Shown here: positions 1 to 10,310 of the stretch, piece by piece
Layout of the letters: each line of letters opens with the position of its first letter
How positions within the stretch are numbered: the first letter of the stretch is position 1
Source: Prasinococcaceae sp. CCMP 1430
Lineage: Eukaryota > Plantae > Prasinodermophyta
Reading direction: 5' to 3'
Length of the DNA stretch: 64,000 bases
Assembly: GCA_013416795.1 (NCBI GenBank)
Contig: RQSC01000018.1
Span: forward strand, 193,274-257,273
Translations under genes and position numbers: made by a program
Notes under the pieces: model-generated
The model's input: only the letters and a program-made list of their open reading frames with translations
Database searches by the model: none
Told to the model about the DNA's origin: nothing

Positions 1-1300
1 GTCGCCGGGCCCAACGAGCGCGGTCGGATCCGACACGCTCGGTTCTGCTGACAGCCCCACGTCCTCGCTCTTGAGGTACCCGTCCCCGAGGACGCGGCTC
101 ACCGCCAGACCATATAGCCGCCGCTCGCCATCGCGCAAAGAAACGCCCGCCTCGGCGAGCCGCTGCCGCTCACCCTCCGCCAAGAGGGTGTGGTCGGACG
201 TCAGGATCACACAAGCGCAGTTTGCGCTCGCGGCTCCGTCGGCGCTCGCTCGTGCGCCGCCCTCGATGCCGCCGCCAGCACTGCCGTTTGCCGTCGCGGA
301 CAAAGCCTCCCCAGCACCGACGGACCCAAGGACCGCGGCACTGTCTCCCACGTTTGCGATTTGTACGACGGCGCGCTGTTGTTTGCGCCTAGTGTCGCGC
401 CACGTGAGCACGACAGTAGCGGTGCATCCCTCGTGATCGCACTTGTGCTCGTGCAGGACGGCCCTCTCCGCCTCTGCAAACGCTTCTCGCAGCAGCCCTG
501 CCGCATCGCAGTCGCGCAGCACCTGCCGCCTCCGCGCCGGCGCCTGCAGCATGCGCGAGAGCACCTCCGGGAACGCGGCGGCGGCGCGCGTCGCCGCGAG
601 CACGCCGCAGTGCCCGTCGAAGACGCCAAAGAGGCCGAACTCCGGGCAGCCGCGCAGCGGGGACTCGGAGACGACAACGTCCTCCATCGCGCGCTGGTTG
701 CCTCCGGAACCCCCATCGCCCGAACCCCTGCGCCGCGCATCGCCCGGGAGTACGCTGGCGGCCTGCCGCACCGACGCGTGCAGTCGCGGCGCGTGGGCCG
801 CAGCGCCGTCGCCTAATATCCTGACGAGCACCCGCACGCGCGCGCAGAGCGTGAGCACGTCGCCGTGCGCGAGCGCCACCGACGCCCCTGCGCTGCGATT
901 CTCCGGCGCCGACACGCCCGCGCCGTTGAGCAGCGTGCCGTTGAGGCTGCCGCGGTCGCGCACCATCCAGGCCCCTGCGGCCTCATGCCACTGCACCTCG
1001 AGGTGTCGGCTCGAAACGCCATGGTCCTCGATCCCCAGCCAGCCGCACTGCGTGACGTCCTCGGCCTCCGTCCCCGCGCGTCCCACGACGACCAAGCCCG
1101 CACTACCTCTGCCAGCCGACGAACGCGAGCCCGCGCCGCACACCACGCTCGGCGCGCCCGCGTCGCCGCCGGCCTTGTCGTCCGCGCCCAGCACCTCAAG
1201 CCGCAGCTCGCTCCACCCCTTGCGCGCCGGCGCGTTGGCCGGCGCCCCGCCGGCAGACCCCCTGCGCGCGCGAGCTAGCGCCCTCGCCGCCGCCGCCGCG
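1..1300 (-). CDS. FHA + PP2C phosphatase, KAPP-like (3' end runs off the window; start unresolved at the N at 1304)
   Basis: Manual translation of the minus strand gives an open frame. It has an FHA motif (VVGRG..EDHGVSSRH..VRDRGSLNGTLLNG) followed by PP2C motifs (RAMED, LFGVFDGHCG, GCTATV, ANVGDS, LTSDH, GLAVSRVLGD). The ORF track misses it because there is no stop in the window. Confidence 0.85.
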
Positions 1301-2206
1301 GCGNTCCGCCCGGCCGGCCGGCGCCGCCCCGCACCCCCTCTTTCGCGCCGGGGAGAAACGGGCGCGCCCGCGCGCGCTCCGCCCGTTCTGTGAAAAAAAT
1401 AGACCCCCCAAAACATCCCAGAGGAAGGGCCCGCGCCCGCCCGCCACGCCGCGCGCGGCCGAGGCGCCTTTCCGTCCGCGGTTCCGCAGCCATCAGTCAT
1501 TTGCTCGGTCAATCGCATGCGCTCTCCGTCCCTCACTCCACCCATCAACAATCGGTCGGTCGGTCGGTAGGTAGGTCGGCTGACGCGATGCGCTGCTGGA
1601 CGCAGGAGGAGGGCAAAATCAACGCAACCGAACCAACAACGGACGGACATGCAGGCTTTTTTGGTTTCCCCCGCTTTTTTTTTTTTGCTGGTGCGTGCGA
1701 TTGTAGCAACGGGCAAATATGTGACTGCCCGCGTGCACAGGCACGTGTATCGGATATGAATATACTGTACAGTATGTGCGATCAGTACAAAACAGGGTGA
1801 ACCCTATACCTCACCCGAAACTGAAACCTAAACCTCCGGCGGGGCCGCGCGCGGGGTTTCGCCGGGGCCGTCTGTCCGCGCGGCGGCTCGCGGAGACGAT
1901 CAGAGCGAATGTGGTTCTGGATTGCACACGGGCGAGCTCGGATGCGCCTTTCGAATTCGATGCGTTCTGATGGTTCATCACTAGTACTACAGTACTCTTT
2001 CGACCCCTGGAGCTTCGGGCGTTTGACGCGGCAGGTGGCCGTTGGGGCTCGGTCGAATGCGCTTTGACCTGCGCGCGCCGTCGCCCCCCTCGGCGCGCGA
2101 AAACGCGCGCGCGCGGAGGGGGGCGCGGCGGCGCCAGGCTTGCGGACGAGCGGCGCGGCGCCGCGCCGCTCGGTGGCGGGTCGGCTCGCGCGGGGCCGCG
2201 CGCGAC

Positions 2207-5098
2207 ATGGTGGCGCCCTTAGCCGAGGAGAAAGAGAACGTGGCAAACGCCGAGGGTGGCGGGGCGGCGACTGCACAGCAGCACGCGTACGCCAAGGACC
2301 TGCGCGAGAGCATGAAGCGCTTCGCCGGCCGCGGCGACGAGCGCGACGCGAACGGGGGGCACCGCGTACTCAAAGAGGCGCCGGCGGCGCCGCAGAAGCG
2401 CAGTGGGAGGGAGGACAGCATGCGCCGGCGCGCCATGCGCGGCGTTGCGGCCTCGCCCACGCCGCAAAAGGCGCCGCGCACGCCGCGCCGCGGAAGCAGT
2501 GCTAAAGACGCGCGCTTCGATGGCGACACCACGCCAAGGCGGCACACCGAGGGCGGCGCCACGCCGAGCGCCGCGGCCAAGGAGGGCGCCGAGCTGTCCG
2601 AGCGCGCGCGCAAGCTGTGGAAGGAGCTTCAGGATCGCGAGGCGGACACAGGTGGCGCGAATGCGGCAGCGAAGCCCAGCCGGGTGCACCCGAAGGGCGC
2701 GCGCAGCGGCGCGTCCGACGTCGCGCACGACAAGAGCATGGCCACGCCCGGCAAATCGTCACGCATGCGGCCACGAGACGACGACGTGGACATGCAGGAC
2801 GCGCCGGTGGCCCCCAGCCCGCGGCGATCCAAGCAGCGCGCCGACCGCGCGCAGCAGGCCGCGCGCCCAGCGTGGGCGAGCGTGCTCGACGAGGACAAGG
2901 CCATCGCCGCAGCTGCGCCCGACGCGGAGCGCGCGCCGCGTCTGCGTTCGGCGCTCAAGGCGGCGGTTGCCGACCACGGCAAGGCCGTGTCTCGCGCGTC
3001 CGCGCTGGAGGAGGAGTGCCACATCCAGCAGACGCTGCTGCGGTCGGCGCTCAAACGCCAAGCTGACCTGACGGCGCAGCTGCAGCGAGCACGGCGCGAA
3101 CAGTCGGCGGCCGCTGCTGATGCGACGAGCAGCCGCGCGGCCGCTACCGAGGCAGAGAAGGCCTGTCGGTCCGCGCGCCATGCGCTCTCTGAGTGCGCCG
3201 CGCAGAACGCCAAGCTAGTGGCAGCCTATGCGGAGAAGAAGAAGGAGGTGCGTGAGCTCTCGAGTGAGGTGGAGCGCCGCGACGCCAGCAAGGCAAGCGA
3301 GACCCAGAGCACCCAGGACGAGTTGGCCGTTCTGCGTGCCGAGCTTGAGGCCTCGAAAGCTGAGGCCGAAGGGCTGCGCGAGCGCGCTATACGCGCTGAG
3401 GTACGACTGGAAAAAGCAGAGGTGGCAGCCGCCACGGCAGCGACGCAGCGCCCCACGCCCGTGCCTGCAGCGCCTGAGCCCGTGAGGCCCGCGCCGGAAG
3501 CCCCCTCGGCGTCGACCGCCGAGTCGGGGAGCGAGGCGCAGCACACCGCCCCGATGGCCGAGCCAACCGTCTCCGATCACGGCTCGGCGGGCGCGAGCCC
3601 TTCAATCAGCAGTGGCAGCAACAGGAACTCATCGTCGAGCGAAGAGGAGGCGCACTGGGCCGAGGAAAAGGCACGATGGGCAGCCGAGAAAGAGCGCTGG
3701 GCAGCTGAGAAGCAGCGCTGGATGAACGAGCTCGAGAGCACGCGTCAGACCATCCGCGGGGGTGCGCCTGCCCCCGGCACATCAGGCTCGCAGGCCCCTG
3801 GCGCGGGCGCGCCGCCGGCTGAGGGCAAGCATGCGAGGCGTCAGTCGCTCAGTAGCGGTGGCTCAAGCTGCGCGAGCACTGACATAGAAGGTGCTGAGTC
3901 GCAGCCGGCTCGTGGCATGGCCGACGGTGCGCGTGCGCACCAGGCCCACTTGGATCGCGAGGACGCCAGCGCTCCACCACCAGTCGTGCACTCAACGAGC
4001 GCACCGGCTGTCGCGCAGGCGGCCGACCGGTCAGGCTCCGCTGTGCCTAGGGCCAGCGCAAACACCCCATCCGCTGCAGCGCACAGGACGCCGGGGAAGG
4101 CAACGCCGCAGTGTCCGTCGACTGCGCCGTCGCACAAGCCCAAGCAGCAGGTGAAGCCGAGTCCTGGACATCGATCGCGGGAGGCCTTTGTGGCCGAGAA
4201 GGTGCGCGAGGTGGAGCAGGAGCGAAAGCAAGAGGCGGAAAAGCAGGCGCAGGCACAGGCGCAGAGGGCAGCAGCAGCTACCGCCGCTGCCGAGACTGCA
4301 AAGAAAGAAAATGAGTTCAATCAGGCGAGCACCGCCTCGAACACGCAGAAGGCGCAGCAGTATAAGGCGTCGGGCAACGCCTCGTACCAGAAGGGCAAGT
4401 ACAAGGAAGCGTATGACGAGTACACCAAGGGCATCAACATGAAGTGTGGTGACAAGTCCTTCGAGGCCATCCTACACTGCAACCGCGCGGCGGCACTCAT
4501 GGCCCAGAAACAGTATGTGCATGCCGCGGCGGACTGCGATGCCGCGCTGGCACTCGACCCGTGCTACTCGCGTGCATTGCAGCGCCGCGTGGACGTGTGG
4601 ACCGCCATGGGCGACTACCAGCAGGCCGTGCGCGACTTGCAGGCGCTCATCGGGCCGCCGCATCGCCTAGGCGCCGAGGCGACCACCAAGCTCGCCGATG
4701 CTCAGCGCCGCGCGCGAACGTCCAAGGGTGCCGATCCCTACGTGGTGCTCAATGTGGAAACCACCGCCAAGGACAGCGAGGTGAAGAGCGCCTATCGCAA
4801 GCTCGCGCTGCGGTTCCACCCCGACAAGTGTCGCGACGAGGCGCTGCGGCCGCAGGCGGAGGTGCTCTTCAAGTTGGTCAGCGGCGCGTACAACACGCTC
4901 TCGGACCCAGCCTCGCGCCGCAAGCACGACCAGCAGGCCTTCGCCAACATGGCGCGCGAGGCTCGAAACAACTACGCTGCAGCTACAGGGCACGCCAGGT
5001 CCACCTATGGTGGCTACGGCCGCGCGGGCGCGTCGGCGTACAGCCACTTTGGCGGTGCCACCTACGCGCGCGCGCGGTCGTCCTCCTTTGCTGTTTGA
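2207..5098 (+). CDS. TPR + C-terminal J-domain co-chaperone (DNAJC7-like) with long disordered/coiled-coil N-terminus
   Basis: ORF 2042-5098, first ATG at 2207. TPRs (KASGNASYQKGKYKEAYDEYT; LHCNRAAALM; ALQRR) and a J-domain with HPD (SAYRKLALRFHPDK). Confidence 0.85.
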   Translation: MVAPLAEEKENVANAEGGGAATAQQHAYAKDLRESMKRFAGRGDERDANGGHRVLKEAPAAPQKRSGREDSMRRRAMRGVAASPTPQKAPRTPRRGSSAKDARFDGDTTPRRHTEGGATPSAAAKEGAELSERARKLWKELQDREADTGGANAAAKPSRVHPKGARSGASDVAHDKSMATPGKSSRMRPRDDDVDMQDAPVAPSPRRSKQRADRAQQAARPAWASVLDEDKAIAAAAPDAERAPRLRSALKAAVADHGKAVSRASALEEECHIQQTLLRSALKRQADLTAQLQRARREQSAAAADATSSRAAATEAEKACRSARHALSECAAQNAKLVAAYAEKKKEVRELSSEVERRDASKASETQSTQDELAVLRAELEASKAEAEGLRERAIRAEVRLEKAEVAAATAATQRPTPVPAAPEPVRPAPEAPSASTAESGSEAQHTAPMAEPTVSDHGSAGASPSISSGSNRNSSSSEEEAHWAEEKARWAAEKERWAAEKQRWMNELESTRQTIRGGAPAPGTSGSQAPGAGAPPAEGKHARRQSLSSGGSSCASTDIEGAESQPARGMADGARAHQAHLDREDASAPPPVVHSTSAPAVAQAADRSGSAVPRASANTPSAAAHRTPGKATPQCPSTAPSHKPKQQVKPSPGHRSREAFVAEKVREVEQERKQEAEKQAQAQAQRAAAATAAAETAKKENEFNQASTASNTQKAQQYKASGNASYQKGKYKEAYDEYTKGINMKCGDKSFEAILHCNRAAALMAQKQYVHAAADCDAALALDPCYSRALQRRVDVWTAMGDYQQAVRDLQALIGPPHRLGAEATTKLADAQRRARTSKGADPYVVLNVETTAKDSEVKSAYRKLALRFHPDKCRDEALRPQAEVLFKLVSGAYNTLSDPASRRKHDQQAFANMAREARNNYAAATGHARSTYGGYGRAGASAYSHFGGATYARARSSSFAV

Positions 5099-5148
5099 GC
5101 GTGTGCTGCGGGAGCACCGGCGCGGGCTGCGCGGGCATTCATACTTTC

Positions 5149-5247
5149 TTCGTCGCGAGTAATCACCAACAGCTTGAAGCTCTCTTGTCCGCGTCTCGAG
5201 TCCAAGAGCCGAGTCAACTTCTCCGCCAGTACGTGCGCGTGAAGCTC
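5149..5247 (-). repeat. Diverged, indel-free duplicate of 33 codons from the RAD50 C-terminal coding region (5601-5699)
   Basis: Hand alignment gives about 21 mismatches in 99 nt. [33 protein letters not shown] versus [33 protein letters not shown]. Confidence 0.85.
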
Positions 5248-5318
5248 CGCGGGAAAAGTCACGCCCAGAGCAGTGCATCTCGAGCACCCCAACCCAAAGT
5301 CCCCCCAGCCGCATGTCC

Positions 5319-8300
5319 TCATCCCTCAAAGATGTCCTGCCGGTGGATCGTGCTCTTCTGATTCTTGTCTTTCGAAATACGCCCTGGTGTGCGTGCGCGC
5401 GCGCGCGCGCGTGTGCGTGTGCGCGTGCGCGTGCGCGCGCGTGTCAGATCTCGATATGCGGACAAACTGAGACCACACGTCTCAAAGCCACAGCCCGCAC
5501 GAGGGTACTTCGAGCGCGTCAAACAGGCGCATGCGCAAGCGAACGCGCACGCACAATACCGCTCAGCATGCTCTCGAAGGCCGATTGAGCGCGCGAACTT
5601 CTCGTCGTGAGTAATCACCAGCAGTTGGAAGTTCTCCTGTCCGCGTCTCGCGTCCATGAGTCGAGTGAGCGCCTCAGCCAGAGCCTGCGCGTTGGGCTCA
5701 TCGAGGTTGGTGGTCGGCTCGTCAAGCGCCAGGATGCCGCATGTGACGCAAAAGCTCTCCGCAAGCGCCAGTCGGATGATGAGGCTCGCCAGCACGCGCT
5801 GTCCCGCCGAGCAGCGACCGCGCATGTCCAGCTCCGCGCCAGACGAGCTCGTCATGACCTGCCGGGCACGCCGGCGCGAGGACACGAGCGCGCGGACCGG
5901 AATGCCGAGCTGCTGGGTCAGCACACATGCATGCACAAGGGGGGTGCGCTCGTCGAGCTCGGGGCGACGAGACCCACACCGCGCGACAGCGCTGGCGCGC
6001 ACGCACCACGCGGTAGTTGTGCGACCGGCCCCGTGCATTGGTGCCCTCATCCACGTCCGACCTGATCTCCAACTTGTCGATGTCCTGGTTGCGGTACACG
6101 CTTTGCCACAGCTCCTTGATCGTCGAATTGATCTCAGCCATCTTCTGCTGGTGAAAAGAGGTCAGCGCCCTGTCCAGTGCCTTCATGTACTTGTCCAGGT
6201 CGGCACACGCCAGCTCGGCGCTCGTGAGCTGCACCAGCATGTCCCGATACTTGTCATCGACGTCGACGTACTGGCGGTCAGCCAGTTCTGCAGCAGACTC
6301 CTGCCGGCCGGCCTGGATGGCCTCCATGGCGCCGCGCTGCTGCTCTCGAGCCTGGCGGGCGGCGACAGCCTCCTTGTTGGCATTCTTGAGCATCACGCCA
6401 AGCTTGCGCGCGCGCTCTGGCGAGGCTCGCACGCGTGCGGCCGCGGTCTTCTCACGAAGTGCATCGAGCTCTCCGCGAAGTTGGCGCAGTTTCAGGTTGT
6501 CTTCGAGGTTCCGACGCGTCTGCGCCATCTCCGCCAGCGACTGCACTGCGCTGTCTACCTTGGCCTGGGCGTCGGCGCGCCGCCGTGCGGCCTCGGCCTC
6601 CTGCGCATTGAGTTTTTCGAGCCTCTCGCGCTCGCGTTCAACCCCGGTCGTGCGACCCGCGGCCTCGTCTGCAGCGACCGCCTTCGCGAGCGAGGAGATC
6701 TTGTTTTGCGAGCTCTCAGCCTCCGTCAGAAGCTCCACGATGCGCCGCTCCTCGGCTTGCGAATCGGCGGCAGCGGCGTCCCGCGCGTTCGCCGCATCGG
6801 TCCTCTCCCGCGCATAGCGCGCCGCCGCCTCGTCAGCCTGCGCCGCCTCAAGTTTGAGCGTTGCCGCATTGTTTGCCGCCTCTTCGGCACCCCTCGCCGC
6901 GTTCATGCGCTCCGCAGCCTTGTGCTTCTCATCGCTGACCCGCTGCCGCGCGCTCGCGTGCTCCCGCTCAAGCTGCGAGAGCTCGTCCTTCTTCGACGAT
7001 AATTGCTGCATCTTGAAGTCGCGCTTTCGCTGCGCGCCATCGCGTTTCTCCTCAGCGTCATGAATCTCCTCAGCGACAACAGACACGTCCCGTCCGGGGC
7101 GTCCGATGCCCGATCCGAGCTCGCGGCGCAGGGTGGCCAAGTCGGCTGCTGCATGCCTGGCCTCGAGAGCGGCGCGCTCAGCTCCCTCGGCCAAAGGAAG
7201 CACGTCGCGCAGCTTCTCTTCGTCGTCCGTGACCTTGCGCGCCGTCGTCTCGGCGGCATCCGCCGCTTCCTGCGCGGCCGCCTGAGCCTGCTCAGCATCG
7301 TCGAGCGCCTGCCGCGCCTCCGGGATCTGCATTTCGAGCTCTTCGACGCGACGCAAGAGCGGCTCCACCTTTTCGAGGATTTCGACCTGCCCTTTGGCGG
7401 CCGCTGCCAACTTCTCACGTTCCATGACCTTCGCTGGCAGGCTACGCAGATTGCGGTCCAGGTCTGCGGCCGTCTTCTCTCGTTCGGCAACGTCAGCGAA
7501 GGCACGGGCGCAGCATGGGCACCTATTGTCCTCCTTGATCTTCTTTGTGAAGTTCGCAAACACGCTCTTCGTGGCCTTGGCGTACTCGAGCTCTGTTGTC
7601 GCCGCCTGAAAGCGCTGGCGCGCGTCGTGCAATGCCTCGGGGGAGGCCTCACTGATGGAAGCAGCCCCAGTCTGGAGTGTCACCTCCTCACGCGCCGACG
7701 TACACTCCTCCTTTCGAGACGACAGCACGCGCCGCGCATCCTCCACTCGCCCTGCGGCGCTTTCAGCTGCGCGGCGGGCGGTCGAGGCGTCCGCATCAAC
7801 CGTCTTGCGCTGCTCCTTCAATCGCGCGATCTCAGCTCGAACACGCCTCAAGAGAGCATCGGCCGTATCGCCAGCGTCTGCTTCAACGCCTGCGCTGCTC
7901 GCAGCATCGCAAGCCTTCTGCAGACTGCTCGCAGCCGCCGAATCGAGGCGGTCCTTCTGCTGCTCTGTGAGGTGTAGGCGGGCATTTGCCTGCTGCGCCG
8001 TCATCAGATTCTGCTGCTCCTTCTGAAGGGCGGAGATTTCGGCCGACGCATCGCGAATAATCTTCTCGATCTCGGCGATCTGCGTGTCGTAGTCGCCGGA
8101 GCTGAGCTGATTCCGCTTGGCCTCGACCTGCTGGCTGAGATTCTCAGCCTCGTTTTCTAGCCTTTCGACCGCGCGTACTGCGTTCTCTCCCTCGCGCATC
8201 TCGGTGCGAAGCTGTGCCTCCCTGGCAAGTTCGGCCTCCGCCGCCTCCTTTTTCATGCGCGCGGTCTCCGTCGCGCCCGCCAGGGTCTCTGCGGCGGCAT

Positions 8301-9594
8301 CGACCTTCGCGCTCATTGCGGCGGCCTCGTTCGCCGCCTTGGCGCGGTGGTCCCGCAGCCTCTCGCGCTGAGAGCTGACCTCCGCCGCGAGCTGCGCGAC
8401 ACCCGCTTCAACAGAGGCTTTTGGTAGGGGCAACGTGCCGAGCGTCGGCAGCCCGAGCTGGCGGCAGGCGGCTGCGAGCGAGGCGTCCAGCTCGGCCTGG
8501 CGCCCGCGAGCGGCCTCGGCATCTGCCTGAGCCTTTCCAAGTGCCCTTGATTGCTTGGCGTGCTGGCCCTTGAAGCTTTCGAGGTCGATGCTGCACGTGC
8601 TCAAGTCGCGCTTGTTTCTCTCCTGCTCGCTCTCGAGATCTCTCACCCTCTTGACGAACTCGCGCGACGCCTTCTGGAGCTGCTCGGTCGTCATGTCGTC
8701 CGCCACCTCCGCGCATGTCTCGGTGGCGTCCTGGAGAGCGCGCTCCTTGTCATGCACCTTGGACTCGTAGATGCTCACATCGCGCTCGGCCTTCCGAAGC
8801 TCCTCCAGCTCATCCTGATGCGCGCTCAGCTCCCCGTCGGCTTTCTCGATGGTCGCCTCAGCCTTCTCGATCTCGCCGGCGAGCTGCTGGATCTTGGCGT
8901 CCGCTTGCGAGATGGCGGCGCGCAGCTTGTTGGCGTTGTCCCTGTCGCGCGAAATGGTCTGTAGGCGCAGCTTACTCTCCTTGAGCGCATCCGCCTGCTC
9001 CTTGCGCGTCTTTTTGAGCGCATCCAGCGCCGCTGTGAACTTGGTCGCCTCGAAGATGTCATCGAACTTCTTCTTCAGCACTGCAGGCTCAGCCAGTGGC
9101 CAGTTGGAGTCGTCCTGGTGCACGAAGATGACGTTCTCCAGCACGGCCTTCGACACGCCCATCATCTTGGCTACCTCCATGTCCATGTCGGCGTTGCGGA
9201 AGCTCACGCGCTCCGTGTCGCCGCTGACGCCGTTCACCCTTTGCAGCGCGTTGTCGAGCGTCTTGTACTGCAGCTTTTTGCCCTTCTTTGACACCTGCAT
9301 CGAACGTATCGCCGTTGCGCTCTGCCCGTCGACGGTATCGAATCGTAGCTTGATCTGCGCCTTGGTCTCGGTGTCGTTGGAGATCTTGGGATCGTGCACG
9401 AAGGACTCGCCCTTGTTCGTGTTTGGCGGCACCTCGCCCGTCGTCGCCATTTTCAAGGACTCGATAATGGTCGTCTTGCCGCTGCCGTTGGCGCCGACGA
9501 TGAGCGTGAGCGGCTTGAAGAACTCGATGACGTCCTTGTTGTCCGGGTCGAAGGAGCGAATGCCCTTGATGAGCATCTTGTTGATCGTGCACAT
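5319..9594 (-). CDS. RAD50: DNA repair ATPase RAD50; 3 exons (9594-6007, 5858-5555, 5383-5319)
   Basis: Walker [10 protein letters not shown], coiled coils, zinc hook CPCC, signature MRGRCSAGQ, Walker [12 protein letters not shown]-loop VITHD. GT-AG introns 5859-6006 and 5384-5554 restore NYRV|VM and ERYW-RISKD. Confidence 0.96.
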
Positions 9595-10310
9595 GATTGC
9601 CGGCTAGAGAGCGGCGGCTCCTCCTCCGCCGCGCCCTCGGCCCGCACACCTCGCCGGCGCCCCACCTGCCGCCGCCGCGCCTGTGCGAATTGCCGCGCGC
9701 GCTTCCTGTCTGGCCTCTCTGACGCCGCCGCGCAGCCCGCCGTTCCAGGCGGCACGGCATACACCTCCCCCACCTCTTCCCACCCCACCCCGCGCCCGCC
9801 TGCTCCCCGGCTCGCCCGCTCGCCCGCCCGCCAGCCGCGCGATCTGTGGCTGCGCCAATGCACCCGCGCCTGCACCGCCACCGCCTCTGCGCGCGTTCTC
9901 GCGCGCCTCTGCCGCTTTTGTGCCCTCTGCTCTCCGCGCGGCATTCGCATTCGCGTTTGTGTGCCATTCGCGCTTTGCATTCGTTTCGATGGGCGTTCGA
10001 ACGCGACGTGCGGCGGCGCGCCCGACGGCGGGCGGGGCGAGCGGGGGAGGGGGGAGCCAGACCGACAGCGGCGAGCGGCGAGCGGGGTGCGGCGAGGGGA
10101 GCGGAGCGGGCGGGTGGCGTGCGGCGTGCGGAACGCGCCGACGCCAGCGCCGCCTCGCCCGCGGCGCCACGAGACTCCGCGAGGCGAGGCGAGGCGAGCC
10201 CTCCCCCGGACCCCCCTCTGCCTCCACGGGCTTCTTTCCGTCCGTCGCCCGGGGCGACGCCCTCACCTCTGGGCCTCCGGCCGCATCAGCCGCGCTCGTG
10301 CGCCTGTGCG

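Noticed and set aside
2042-2206. ORF-track starts at TTG/GTG upstream of the first ATG (also 9846, 15361, 43892, 45820, 58334, 62134)
   Set aside because: The locus is eukaryotic. These extensions are GC-rich promoter or UTR sequence, so the first plausible ATG was used instead.
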